From positions 28,914-92,913 of the forward strand of contig JASUTC010000001.1 of NCBI GenBank assembly GCA_030445775.1: a stretch of DNA of 64,000 nucleotides, written 5' to 3'. Numbering within the stretch: position 1 is the stretch's first letter; every line of letters starts with the position of its first letter. This DNA is from Thermotogaceae bacterium. Its GTDB lineage: Bacteria > Thermotogota > Thermotogae > MWEM01. Positions 28,310 through 38,814 of the stretch are shown here, piece by piece. The notes below the pieces were generated by a model. That model did not search any database and was not told where the DNA came from. It saw only the letters and a list, made by a program, of their open reading frames with translations. The position numbers were made by a program, and so were the translations under genes.

Positions 28310-29572
28310 ATGTCTTATTCTGTTACAGAAATCCTTCAAAAAGCCAGAGCAATAATCGAAACAAATGACGAAATCGGTGGATATATTCAAATAAAAGGAG
28401 AAGTCGGAACATTTAAAGTCTACGGAAAACACGCCTATTTAAGCTTGAAAGAAGAAAATGCCCTCTTAAAATGCGTTTATTTTATGGTCCCTAAAGAAAT
28501 TTCAACGACAATCAATGAAGGAAGTATTGTTGAGGCTTATGGTTATCTTTCCATATATGAAATAAGGGGCGAATTACAGTTTTATATCAAATCCATGCGT
28601 GAAATATCCAAAGCAGGTCTTTTGATGCTTGAATATGAAAGGATTAAAACTCAATTAATATCCGAAAAAGTCATTCCTAAATCTCCCGAAGAAAAAAAGT
28701 CATTACCAAAATTCCCCGGTACAATTGCAGTGATCACTTCAAGAAACGGAGCAGCTATTCAAGATGTGATAAAAACCATCGAACGTCGATATCCAGAATG
28801 TTTGATTCAAATCTTTCATACAGGAGTGCAGGGACATGTTGAAGAAGAAATAGTGACTTCCATAAACAATGCAAATCGATCAAAAGCTGATGTATTATTA
28901 TTGGTAAGGGGAGGCGGTTCTATTGAAGACCTTTGGTGTTTCAACCATCCGTCTGTGGTCCGTACAGTTCGTAATAGTTCTAAACCAATCATTGTAGGTG
29001 TAGGCCACGAAACAGATCACACCCTTTGTGAATACGCCGCAGATTATATTGGTTCAACCCCTACTTCAGCAGCGATGATTGCAACGCCAGATATGGAATC
29101 CATCATCATATCTCAAAAAAGTGAACTGGAAAAGATTTCACTCTTGATTAAAAGAAAAAAAGCAGAAAGGGAATCTGAACTGAAGCAAATCATGAAATTA
29201 GTATATCGATTGGACCCCGCAAAAGTCATTTCAGACGGACTAAGCAATATAAATACACAACTAGATCGAATTTCAAAAGTCATTCATAATAAAATGAACG
29301 ATAAAACCAACCAATTAATACTCTTAAAAAAAAGCCTTCTACAACCTACAACCTCATTGAAATTCAAAAAAATGGAAACAGAGTTGATTGTCAATTTGGA
29401 GAAAATAAGATCGAACGATCCAAAAAGATATCTAAAAAAAGGCTATTCCAGAATCGAAAAGGACGGATTTGTTGTAAATAGTGTGGTACAATTGAAAACA
29501 GGAGATTCAGTACAAATCTTTTTAAAAGACGGAAAGGCCCGTTCTGAAATACAGGAACTGATAAAAAATTGA
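28310..29572 (+). CDS. xseA: Exodeoxyribonuclease VII large subunit
   Basis: An N-terminal OB fold is followed by the RGGGSIEDLWCFN motif. Confidence 0.85.
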   Translation: MSYSVTEILQKARAIIETNDEIGGYIQIKGEVGTFKVYGKHAYLSLKEENALLKCVYFMVPKEISTTINEGSIVEAYGYLSIYEIRGELQFYIKSMREISKAGLLMLEYERIKTQLISEKVIPKSPEEKKSLPKFPGTIAVITSRNGAAIQDVIKTIERRYPECLIQIFHTGVQGHVEEEIVTSINNANRSKADVLLLVRGGGSIEDLWCFNHPSVVRTVRNSSKPIIVGVGHETDHTLCEYAADYIGSTPTSAAMIATPDMESIIISQKSELEKISLLIKRKKAERESELKQIMKLVYRLDPAKVISDGLSNINTQLDRISKVIHNKMNDKTNQLILLKKSLLQPTTSLKFKKMETELIVNLEKIRSNDPKRYLKKGYSRIEKDGFVVNSVVQLKTGDSVQIFLKDGKARSEIQELIKN

Positions 29573-29585
29573 TAGAGGGGATAAA

Positions 29586-29786
29586 GTGGCAACGAAAAAA
29601 AAGATTGAAGAACTACTAGAAGAGCTTACAAATATAACAAAAGAACTTGAACAGGATGATATCTCTTTGGAGGATTCAATAAAAAAGTATCAATACGCTG
29701 TTGAATTGTACAAAAAAGCACAAAAGCAACTAAAAGAATCAGAAATTAAAATAGAAGAAATCAGGGGAAGTCTTGAAGATGTATGA
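29586..29786 (+). CDS. xseB: Exodeoxyribonuclease VII small subunit
   Basis: A 66-aa helical protein with the [39 protein letters not shown] pattern. Confidence 0.8.
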   Translation: MATKKKIEELLEELTNITKELEQDDISLEDSIKKYQYAVELYKKAQKQLKESEIKIEEIRGSLEDV

Positions 29787-31731
29787 AAAAAAGTCCGATC
29801 TATTGCTTAGAAAGAACTTGGTGGATGAAATTAAGGGTATGGATATATCTGAATTACAAGACTTTGCTTCGATAATTCGAAATGTTATTGTAGATACGGT
29901 TAATCAAAATGGGGGACATCTTTCCTCAAATTTAGGAACTGTAGAACTGACTTTGGCATTGTATCGTGTATTTGATTTTCCCGGGAAAGACATGTTGGTA
30001 TGGGATACCGGACATCAAACGTATACACACAAAATTCTCACAGGAAGAGCACCGTTATTTCAGACCATTAGAAAAAAAGGTGGGCTCAGTGGATTTACAA
30101 ATATTTTTGAAAGTCCATATGATTCTTTTGGAGCAGGGCATGTTGGTACTTCGATAGCCGCTGCTTTGGGATTTGAAAAAGCCAAAAGACTCTCTGGAGA
30201 ACCCGGTGAAGTAATTGCGGTCATCGGTGACGGAGCACTAACTTCAGGTAATGCATTGGAGTCGTTAAATCAAGTGGCAGGACAGAAAAGCAATCTAAAG
30301 ATCATCATCAATGACAACGGCATGTCCATTTCAGATAATGTTGGTTCCTTTGCAAATAATTTTTCCCTTATCAGAACGGGTAAAGGGTACAATAGCTTTA
30401 AAAAGCAATTAAAAACTTTTTTGCATGAAACACATTTGACTGGTTTAGAATCCACCCTGGAATGGATTCGAGACAACATGAAACACAATCTTTTACCGGA
30501 ATCGATTTTTGAAACCATGGGCTTTAAATACCTTGGTCCAATCGATGGTCATGACCTTGAAACATTAATCAAAGTCTTAAGTAATATCAATGAGGGGTAT
30601 AAAAAACCGGTCGTTTTACACATCCACACCAAAAAAGGGTGTGGAATAGAATATGCTGAAAAAAAACCTAATATCTTTCATGGTGTCAGTCCTAGGGAAA
30701 AAGGTATTGACGGCGAAAAAAATACTGCCCAACAACTTTCATTCAGCGATGCCTTTGGATACACACTGGCTAAATTTGCAGATTATGATGAAAAATTAGT
30801 TGCCATTACTTCAGCAATGGATATTGGTACAGGACTTTATCATTTTAAAGAAAGTTGTGAAGAAAGATTTTTTGATTTGGGAATCACTGAGCAAAGTTCT
30901 TTGGTTTTTGCTGCAGCTCTTGCATTAAAGGGATTTCATCCGGTATATGCCGTGTATTCTACTTTTCTTCAAAGGGCCTACGACCAAATTATCCATGATA
31001 TCGCCTTGCAAAAAATCCCGATGATAATTGGTGTTGACAGAGCAGGACTTGTGGGAAGTGACGGACCTACTCATCATGGAACATTTGATATCGTTATGCT
31101 GAACCCCATACCAAACATCAAACTCTACTCTCCTGATTCTATACAAAGTTTAATCAAAATGATGAATTATATTTCTCGTGAAAAGTGGAATGTTCAATCA
31201 CCTGTGTTTATACGCTACCCTCGTGAAAAGGAAACAATCACATACGAAGATCTCAACCGCTTGATTACTCAGAATGTAAAAATGAATCCCGAAAGGTGGG
31301 AACTTGTTCATGCAGGAGAAGAAGAAAATGACACGGAAGTCATCATTTTTGCTGTCGGAACAACTTTTAAATACTGTCAAAAGATAATCGATCAGGTGGA
31401 TTTTTCGGTAAATTTGGTGAAGGTCACGTCCGTTAAACCAATGGATTATCAACTAATTCACAAACTATTTGACATAAAAAAACAAAAGTTTGTGGTAACG
31501 ATAGAAGAGGGAATACGGACAGGAGGCTTTGGACAAAATCTTGTTAATTATCTTAGAAATAGATATAATCATCAAATCGAAGGGGTTAAAATCCTTGGGA
31601 TGGATGATTTTATTCCACATGGGAAAAGATCAGAATTACTGAATAATGTAGGTTTGAGCGCTAAAGAAATTTTAAATACAATTAACAGTGAAATCGAACA
31701 AATTAAGTGCAAGCACAAGTACATTATATAA
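29773..31731 (+). CDS. dxs: 1-deoxy-D-xylulose-5-phosphate synthase
   Basis: GHVGTSIAAALG plus the TPP-binding GDGALTSGNALE motif. The 652-aa size fits Dxs. Confidence 0.85.
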   Translation: MKMYEKKSDLLLRKNLVDEIKGMDISELQDFASIIRNVIVDTVNQNGGHLSSNLGTVELTLALYRVFDFPGKDMLVWDTGHQTYTHKILTGRAPLFQTIRKKGGLSGFTNIFESPYDSFGAGHVGTSIAAALGFEKAKRLSGEPGEVIAVIGDGALTSGNALESLNQVAGQKSNLKIIINDNGMSISDNVGSFANNFSLIRTGKGYNSFKKQLKTFLHETHLTGLESTLEWIRDNMKHNLLPESIFETMGFKYLGPIDGHDLETLIKVLSNINEGYKKPVVLHIHTKKGCGIEYAEKKPNIFHGVSPREKGIDGEKNTAQQLSFSDAFGYTLAKFADYDEKLVAITSAMDIGTGLYHFKESCEERFFDLGITEQSSLVFAAALALKGFHPVYAVYSTFLQRAYDQIIHDIALQKIPMIIGVDRAGLVGSDGPTHHGTFDIVMLNPIPNIKLYSPDSIQSLIKMMNYISREKWNVQSPVFIRYPREKETITYEDLNRLITQNVKMNPERWELVHAGEEENDTEVIIFAVGTTFKYCQKIIDQVDFSVNLVKVTSVKPMDYQLIHKLFDIKKQKFVVTIEEGIRTGGFGQNLVNYLRNRYNHQIEGVKILGMDDFIPHGKRSELLNNVGLSAKEILNTINSEIEQIKCKHKYII

Positions 31732-31776
31732 ATCATACTGAAAATATTCTTTTTACAATCAGAAAGGAGAAATGTA

Positions 31777-32598
31777 TTGAAATACGAAACAGTGGTTCTG
31801 GATATTGACGGTACTCTCTTAGATGACAAATTGAAAATTTCCAACAAAACAGTCAATCTGTTGAGAAGAATCAACAAAAAGGGAATATCTATCATTTTTT
31901 GCACAGGAAGAATGCTAGGGTCTGCTAAGCATATCATTGAGAAATATTTTGAAAGTGATAAATTCCCAATAGTAAGTTATAACGGCAGTTTAATAACGCT
32001 TCCCAATCATGAAACCCCCATCTTTCATCATTTTATTGAGGGAAACACTGCAATTAACATCATAGAATACCTCAGAAGAAAGGAATGTCACCGTCAAGTT
32101 TATATCAACAATCAATTGATTGTTGAAGAAGAGAATGATCAAATTAAGGATTATGCAGTACATGCAGGTATGGATTATCACGTAGTTGATAATCTTACAG
32201 ATCTAATCAAAAGCGGTGAAAAGGTTGATAAAATACTGGCTATCGGAAAGCCTGAATTCCTCGCTGATATTGAAAAAGAAAGTCAGTCACTCTTTTCTGA
32301 TAAAGCGAATATTTTCAAATCTTTTTCCATCTATCTTGATTACATCCCCAAAACTACAAACAAAGGCATTGCGGTTTTGGAACTTCTAAATTATCTTCAT
32401 TTAGATCCGAAAAAGACTATTATGATAGGAGACGGTGATAATGATATTTTTGCATTTGAAGTGGTGGGGTATTCCATTGCTATGGCCAATGCAACAGAAA
32501 AACTTAAACAAGCTGCGGATCTTTGCCTTGAAAAAACCAACAATGAAGAAGGTGTTTATCACATTCTCGATCATATTTTTTCTGATTTGCTCAATTAG
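31777..32598 (+). CDS. Cof-type HAD-IIB phosphatase
   Basis: The HAD motifs VVLDIDGTLLDD and MIGDGDNDI are present. Confidence 0.75.
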   Translation: MKYETVVLDIDGTLLDDKLKISNKTVNLLRRINKKGISIIFCTGRMLGSAKHIIEKYFESDKFPIVSYNGSLITLPNHETPIFHHFIEGNTAINIIEYLRRKECHRQVYINNQLIVEEENDQIKDYAVHAGMDYHVVDNLTDLIKSGEKVDKILAIGKPEFLADIEKESQSLFSDKANIFKSFSIYLDYIPKTTNKGIAVLELLNYLHLDPKKTIMIGDGDNDIFAFEVVGYSIAMANATEKLKQAADLCLEKTNNEEGVYHILDHIFSDLLN

Positions 32599-33415
32599 TT
32601 TCTCAGAAAACACCATAATAACCGATACCGGTTATTCAATCTATTACCCTGATTCACCTTACTTTTTAGAGAATGTTTCTTCCTTTTCTCTGGGAAGTGT
32701 TACCGATCCAGAACTCTTGTTTGAATTTGGTTTATTACTGGCAGAAAAGGCGAAGAAAGCAAATGCTCATGCATGCGTAATTGGCTATTCCCAATTGCTT
32801 CCCAAAGAAATCGATTTGATAAACGGACATTTTGATGAGACGATAGCTCCTTTCTTTTCAATAAACCCTTTTAAAGCCTCACAAGCTATCGAATGGATAA
32901 TCAACGGTTTAACCGCAGGGGGTATTTTCCCCGTTTTAAGTGCAAAATACGGATTAAACGATTCTCTCATTCAAAATTTAAAATATCGGATGATCTTTCC
33001 CGCCATCCTGCTCGAATCATTTAGTGGTAACGAACAAACACTAAAAGAATTAGAACTGGCTATTATAGAAGATTCCGGTCATATTTCTTATTATCCGAAT
33101 TTATTAAAAAAACTTGATTGGGCATGGCATAAACAACTGCAAGACGAGGAAAGGTTGAGAAGAGAACTATTGATAGCCTCAATTATCAGATTAAAAAAAA
33201 GATTTACTTTGAAGGATTTTGAAGTCTTTCATACACACTTAAGTTCCCCAATAACCGATCGATCTGTCATTTTTGTCAAGGACCCAAGAATCATTAATAT
33301 GAACAAATTTTCCACTGGTTATCTGATTCATTCTACGGAAGATTTTATGTTGGAAAGAATCCGGTTAATTTGCTCAGAAATCTATTACGCCAGGGGGAGC
33401 ATAAATTGGCGATGA
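32543..33415 (+). CDS. Secreted or lipid-anchored protein of unknown function
   Basis: A signal peptide MKKVFITFSIIFFLICSISFS begins at an internal Met. With this start the gene still overlaps the Cof gene by 56 nt in another frame. The track ORF begins at 32435. Confidence 0.4.
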   Translation: MKKVFITFSIIFFLICSISFSENTIITDTGYSIYYPDSPYFLENVSSFSLGSVTDPELLFEFGLLLAEKAKKANAHACVIGYSQLLPKEIDLINGHFDETIAPFFSINPFKASQAIEWIINGLTAGGIFPVLSAKYGLNDSLIQNLKYRMIFPAILLESFSGNEQTLKELELAIIEDSGHISYYPNLLKKLDWAWHKQLQDEERLRRELLIASIIRLKKRFTLKDFEVFHTHLSSPITDRSVIFVKDPRIINMNKFSTGYLIHSTEDFMLERIRLICSEIYYARGSINWR

Positions 33416-34128
33416 GACTTGATAAACACCTTTCCAATTCAGGTTATGGTACAAGAAGTGAAATTAAAAGACTGATAAAAAAAGGTGTTGTATCTGTGAA
33501 TGGGGAGGTTTGCAAGAACCCTGCACATAAAGTATTGTTAACTACATCTATTACCCTCGGTTCAAAACAAATAAATTCCAAGCCAATGAGTACCATTATG
33601 CTCAATAAACCAAAAGATTATGTCTCTTCAAATGAAAATGAAGCCGGTTATCCATCCGTTTTGGAATTAATACAGCCGCCACATCCTAAATACGCTATTG
33701 CAGGAAGGTTGGATGTTGACACCACCGGTTTATTGATTCTTAGTACCCAAGGAGATTTGATACATTCCATCATCTCGCCGACGAAAGACATTACAAAAAC
33801 CTACATAGCTAAGGTTATTCATTTCAAGGCTGAATCTATTCAATCTTTTTTTGAAGGTATGACTATTGCAGAAGAATTTATAACCAAGCCGGTCACACAT
33901 CTTCGGGTTTTAGAAGAAAATAAAGAGATAACAACACTTAGTATTGGTATAACCGAGGGCAAATTTCATCAGGTGAAAAGGATGTTCCAATTTGTCCAGG
34001 CGAAAGTGATTGATCTAAAAAGAGTTGCTATTGGTTCTCTTCAGTTAGATCCTTCTCTTGAGCAAGGAGATTACAGAGAACTGACTCCAAAAGAAATCCG
34101 GCTTATCTTTCAACCATCAAAAAGGTGA
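33412..34128 (+). CDS. S4-domain pseudouridine synthase (RsuA/RluB family)
   Basis: The S4 domain reads RLDKHLSNSGYGTRSEIKRLIKKGVVSVNGE and the catalytic Asp motif is GRLDVDTTGLLILS. Confidence 0.8.
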   Translation: MRLDKHLSNSGYGTRSEIKRLIKKGVVSVNGEVCKNPAHKVLLTTSITLGSKQINSKPMSTIMLNKPKDYVSSNENEAGYPSVLELIQPPHPKYAIAGRLDVDTTGLLILSTQGDLIHSIISPTKDITKTYIAKVIHFKAESIQSFFEGMTIAEEFITKPVTHLRVLEENKEITTLSIGITEGKFHQVKRMFQFVQAKVIDLKRVAIGSLQLDPSLEQGDYRELTPKEIRLIFQPSKR

Positions 34129-34170
34129 AATGCTTTCATATGTTAAAATAGTAAAAATGATTCTAAATAC

Positions 34171-34476
34171 ATGCGTCGGAGGTCAAGATGGCTAACGAAC
34201 AATTACTTGGCGATGAAAAAAATGCATAACGATTATTTAAAGCTAAACAAACAACAAACGCATTTTCTTTCCACAAGACTTAAGACCAGAATAAAACTCC
34301 GTTTTAAAAAGGACCTTTTAAATAAAATCAACGATAAAAAAAAGCTTGAAAAAACGGTGCACAGAAATATTAACACGACCTATCAAGGTTCTTGGTTGAG
34401 AATAAGCAATTTGCCATACGATCAAGAATACATACCTAAAACTATCCAACCAACAGATTGGGAGAATTACAATTGA
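34171..34476 (+). CDS. Small, very basic hypothetical protein with an uncertain start
   Basis: 101 aa, rich in Lys and Arg. A 13-codon ORF with a GGAGG RBS (ATGGCTAACGAACAATTACTTGGCGATGAAAAAAATGCATAA) overlaps the 5' end in another frame. Confidence 0.3.
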   Translation: MRRRSRWLTNNYLAMKKMHNDYLKLNKQQTHFLSTRLKTRIKLRFKKDLLNKINDKKKLEKTVHRNINTTYQGSWLRISNLPYDQEYIPKTIQPTDWENYN

Positions 34477-34563
34477 AAGTTTTTTTCGGAAAAGACCCTC
34501 TAAAAAACATTAGGATCTTTATACAACATTTAACATTGATTCAGTCGTTCATGGTGAAAAAAA

Positions 34564-36909
34564 TTGATTAAAGAACATTCAATTTCTGTAAGAGACCTGA
34601 TTGGATTTCTCTACAGATCCGGTAATCTTGATAATAGATTCAACGCTCCGGATCTCTCAGAAAGAGGAAAGATCGGAGTAAAAGCACATAAAAAAATACA
34701 ACAACAATACGAAGAACAGTTCCCCGGACAATTTGAAAGTGAAGTCTATCTCAGTTGCTCTTTTCAAGAAAAGGACTTATTATTATCCATTTTTGGAAGA
34801 GCTGATGGTATACACAGAAATGATAATGAAGTAACCGTTGATGAGATAAAAACCACGCGTGTTTCTTTAGAAGATATCTCGGAACTTTTAGACCAAAATC
34901 ATCTCAGGCAATGTATGTGCTACGGTTACATGGTTTTAAAAAAGGAAAAATTAAAAAAAATAAACTTGAGAATTACATATTACAATATTGACAACGATAA
35001 AATGAAACACCTTTCTTTCAGCTATTCAAAAGAACAACTTACACAGTTTATCCTCGAAATTAAAGAAGAATACAGTCAGTGGCTGACAATAAAAGATGAG
35101 TGGGTTAACGAAAGAAATCAATCTATCAAAGCGCTTCATTTTCCATTTGAACGATTCAGAGATGGTCAAAGAAAATTTTCCGTTATGGTATACCACGCCA
35201 TTAAAGACCAAAAAAAACTTTTCGCTCAAGCTCCAACAGGAACAGGTAAAACTTTGGCAACATTGTTTCCGGCTTTAAAAGCTATGGGAAAAGAACTTGC
35301 CGGACCTATCTTTTACCTCACATCCAAAACAATTACCAGACAAGCTGTTGAAAACACCTTAAATCTTTTGAGATCAAAGGGTTTGAAGCTTAAGTCTATT
35401 ATTATAACCGCTAAAGAAAAGATGTGCATTAACAATGTGTTTAAATGCAATCCTTACAACTGTCCGTTTGCAAAGGGGCATTTTGACCGAATAAATGATG
35501 CTTTAAAAGATATTTGTGCCTTAGATGGGCACTTCAATGTTGAAAGAATTCAAGAGCATGCACAACTTTACCAAGTTTGTCCCTATGAACTTGCTCTGGA
35601 TTTGTCGGAATTTACAGATTGTATCATCTGTGATTATAATTATCTTTTTGATCCAAGAGCATATTTCAGAAGGTATTTTGAAGTAAAGGGAAAATACATA
35701 TTCCTTGTAGATGAAGCTCATAATCTTCCGGATAGGGCCAGAGATATGTATTCCTCTCAATTATCCCTAAAAACTCTAAGAGAATTAAAAGATTTTGTAA
35801 AAAACAGTGATTCAAAAATTGCCAAGTGCACCGGAAAATTGGAAACAGAAGCTTCCTATTATTTTCTTAATGAAGAACTGAAAGAAAAATGGACTGTAAA
35901 AGATTCTCCACAAGATCTCAAAGAAGCTTTGGAAGATCTGTTAAGGGAAATAGCCGCATTTCTGATGACACCGGGTTATGATTCTTCGAAGGAACAATTG
36001 ACTAATTATTTTTTTGACTTAAACAGCTTTAACAGCACCATGGAAAGATATAGCGATCATTATATTTCTATCTTGGATGCAAAAAACGAATTAATGACTT
36101 TATATTGTGTTGATCCATCCAATCATATCAAAGATATGTTGGAAAAAGGCAATTCTTGTGTACTTTTCTCTGCAACATTGTCTCCTTTAGATTATTATAA
36201 GCAACTCTTTGGAGCCGTAAAAGATGATTATTCACTCGTTTTAAAATCTCCATTTAATCAACAAAACCTGTGTATGCTTGTAAATCCAAAGATTTCAACC
36301 AAATACAATGCAAGACAATACTCTGCTGAGGCAATTGTTCAGAATATCCATTTAATTACAATGCATCGTGGCAATTACATGGTCTTTTTCCCATCTTATC
36401 AGTATTTGGAATTGATCTATAATGCTTTTGTTAAAAAATATCCTACTATTCATACCAGCAAACAAACCCCCTATATGAGTGAAAGACAACGTGAATCCTT
36501 TTTAGAATCCTTCAAACATTCTCCTGAAAAAACATTTGTGGGATTTGTGCTGATGGGGGGAATTTTCGGAGAGGGGATTGATTTAATCGGCAGTCGTTTA
36601 AGCGGAGCTGTCATTGTGGGTGTGGGATTACCGCAAATTGGTTTTGATAGAGATATTATCAAAGACTATTATCAGAAAAAAATCGGAAAAGGCTGGGAAT
36701 ATGCTTACATTATTCCAGGAGCCAACAAAGTAATGCAGGCTGTGGGGCGAGTCATCCGTTCCCATGAAGATAAAGGAGTAGTTATGCTCATTGATGAAAG
36801 GTTTATTCATAAACCTTATCCTTCTATATTTCCTGCAGACTGGTCACATGCAATAAGTGTAAGAAATGAACGGGAGATGAAAAAGATTCTAAAGGAATTT
36901 TGGAATTAG
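34564..36909 (+). CDS. DinG/XPD (Rad3)-family ATP-dependent DNA helicase with a 4-Cys Fe-S domain and an N-terminal ~190-aa extension
   Basis: Walker A APTGTGKT, the DEAH box FLVDEAHNLPD, and an Fe-S Cys cluster CINNVFKCNPYNCPF...VCPYE are present. The N-terminal extension carries GRADGIH...VDEIKT, a possible PD-(D/E)xK-like motif. Confidence 0.75.
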   Translation: MIKEHSISVRDLIGFLYRSGNLDNRFNAPDLSERGKIGVKAHKKIQQQYEEQFPGQFESEVYLSCSFQEKDLLLSIFGRADGIHRNDNEVTVDEIKTTRVSLEDISELLDQNHLRQCMCYGYMVLKKEKLKKINLRITYYNIDNDKMKHLSFSYSKEQLTQFILEIKEEYSQWLTIKDEWVNERNQSIKALHFPFERFRDGQRKFSVMVYHAIKDQKKLFAQAPTGTGKTLATLFPALKAMGKELAGPIFYLTSKTITRQAVENTLNLLRSKGLKLKSIIITAKEKMCINNVFKCNPYNCPFAKGHFDRINDALKDICALDGHFNVERIQEHAQLYQVCPYELALDLSEFTDCIICDYNYLFDPRAYFRRYFEVKGKYIFLVDEAHNLPDRARDMYSSQLSLKTLRELKDFVKNSDSKIAKCTGKLETEASYYFLNEELKEKWTVKDSPQDLKEALEDLLREIAAFLMTPGYDSSKEQLTNYFFDLNSFNSTMERYSDHYISILDAKNELMTLYCVDPSNHIKDMLEKGNSCVLFSATLSPLDYYKQLFGAVKDDYSLVLKSPFNQQNLCMLVNPKISTKYNARQYSAEAIVQNIHLITMHRGNYMVFFPSYQYLELIYNAFVKKYPTIHTSKQTPYMSERQRESFLESFKHSPEKTFVGFVLMGGIFGEGIDLIGSRLSGAVIVGVGLPQIGFDRDIIKDYYQKKIGKGWEYAYIIPGANKVMQAVGRVIRSHEDKGVVMLIDERFIHKPYPSIFPADWSHAISVRNEREMKKILKEFWN

Positions 36910-36989
36910 GACTATTAGTAATTTATCTCTACTTTGATATTTGGAAATAAAATTTTGTTAAATAACCAAATCACCAGAAAGGAGTCAGA

Positions 36990-37772
36990 ATGAAAATTTT
37001 CATATTAGGTGCTGGAAAAATGGGGAAATGGTTTGCCGAGGAATTAAACCACGATCATGAAGTGGCTATTTTTGATTGGGATTCAAAGCAGATGAAACAT
37101 CTTTTTAATGTGAAACGCTTTAAAGAAATTCAAGAGATAAAAGATTACAACCCTGAACTTGTCGTCAATTGTGTAAGTCTCAACAATACGGTTAAAGCTT
37201 TTCAAGAAATTGAGGCCTTTATCTCCGATTCAACAATTCTTTCTGACATTACCTCCGTTAAATACGGTTTGGAAGATTATTATAAAAAAAACAGCCGACA
37301 CCCTTTCGTATCGACACACCCAATGTTTGGTCCCACATTTGCAAATATCAATGATTTAACCTCAGAAAATGCGGTTATTATAAAGGAATCGGATGAGTTT
37401 GGGAAAAAGTTTTTCAGAGAGTTTTTCTCCTCTCTGAAATTGAATATCTATGAGTACTCATTTGAAGAACATGACAAAACCATGGCTTATTCTCTGGCAA
37501 CACCTTTCATCTCATCACTGGTTTTTGGTGGGTGTTTAGAAGAAAAGGCAGTTCCGGGAACAACGTTTAAAAAACAAATGCATATCACCCGGAAACTTAT
37601 GTGTGAAGACGACTATTTACTTTCTGAAATTCTCTTCAATCCATATACTGTAAAACAAATTGAACGCATTTATTCTCAACTGGCATCCCTAACAGAAATT
37701 ATAGAAAAAAGAGACTTTAAAGCCATGAAAAATTACCTGGACACAGTTCGTAGAAACATTAGTAATACTTAA
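36990..37772 (+). CDS. Prephenate/arogenate dehydrogenase-like NAD(P)-binding protein
   Basis: An N-terminal Rossmann motif ILGAGKMG and the TyrA-type HPMFGP motif are present. Confidence 0.55.
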   Translation: MKIFILGAGKMGKWFAEELNHDHEVAIFDWDSKQMKHLFNVKRFKEIQEIKDYNPELVVNCVSLNNTVKAFQEIEAFISDSTILSDITSVKYGLEDYYKKNSRHPFVSTHPMFGPTFANINDLTSENAVIIKESDEFGKKFFREFFSSLKLNIYEYSFEEHDKTMAYSLATPFISSLVFGGCLEEKAVPGTTFKKQMHITRKLMCEDDYLLSEILFNPYTVKQIERIYSQLASLTEIIEKRDFKAMKNYLDTVRRNISNT

Positions 37773-37800
37773 AATAGCACATTTTAAGGAGGAAAAATCC

Positions 37801-38784
37801 ATGAAAATTACTGTACTGGGATTTGGAAGTTGGGGAACTTCTATATCTAAACTTTTGGCACAAAAAGGATACGACCTCATCGTATGGACCAAGGATGAAC
37901 GGGTGATTGAAAGTATGCGTTGGTCTGAAAACCCTTATTATTTTCCAAATGTAAAGCTTCCTAAAAATATATATGTAACAAACGATTTGAAAAAGGCCGT
38001 ATCATCAGCTGAAATTGTTGTAATTGCCATACCTACCCAGGTCATAAGAATGGTATTAACAGAAATAGACCTATCCGGAAAAACCATCATCAACTTATCA
38101 AAAGGAATAGAAATCAACACGGGTAAATTCATCCATCAAATATTCCAAGACCTCTTTAGAAAAAATATAAACTACTGTTCCCTCTCCGGTCCCACTCATG
38201 CTGAAGAAGTGATGCGTGAAATACCTACCAACATTGTTGCAGCAAGTAAAGACGATAAAACATTAAAAACCGTACAGAATATTTTCAACACCAATTATTT
38301 CAGAGTCTATACCAATCAGGACATCTTGGGTGTTGAACTTTCCGCTGCCCTTAAAAACATATATGCCATTGCAGCAGGTATTATTGATGGGTTGGGCCCA
38401 TGGGATAATACCAAAGCGGCATTGATCACAAGGGCTTTAATGGAAATGAGACGATTTGGAGAGGAGATCGGAGCGAAAAGAGAAACTTTTATGGGGCTTT
38501 CCGGAATAGGTGATATGATCGTGACTTGTACAAGTCAACACAGTAGAAACCGATTTGTAGGCGAAGAAATCGGGAAGGGAAAGAATATACAAGAAATCTT
38601 GGCGAACATGTATATGGTGGCTGAAGGGGTCTATACAGTCAAAGCATTAATGCAAAATGTAAATGTAAAACAAACTGAAATGCCAATTGCGGAAAAGATT
38701 TATCAGGTGATTTACGAGGATAATGACCCCTTAAAATGTATTGAAGAACTAATGGAGAGGGAACTTAAACCAGAATTCTGGTAA
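37801..38784 (+). CDS. gpsA: NAD(P)H-dependent glycerol-3-phosphate dehydrogenase
   Basis: The GFGSWGT Rossmann motif and a 327-aa GpsA-sized fold. Confidence 0.85.
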   Translation: MKITVLGFGSWGTSISKLLAQKGYDLIVWTKDERVIESMRWSENPYYFPNVKLPKNIYVTNDLKKAVSSAEIVVIAIPTQVIRMVLTEIDLSGKTIINLSKGIEINTGKFIHQIFQDLFRKNINYCSLSGPTHAEEVMREIPTNIVAASKDDKTLKTVQNIFNTNYFRVYTNQDILGVELSAALKNIYAIAAGIIDGLGPWDNTKAALITRALMEMRRFGEEIGAKRETFMGLSGIGDMIVTCTSQHSRNRFVGEEIGKGKNIQEILANMYMVAEGVYTVKALMQNVNVKQTEMPIAEKIYQVIYEDNDPLKCIEELMERELKPEFW

Positions 38785-38814
38785 AAGGAGCAGAAATAAA
38801 AGGATAATGAATTT

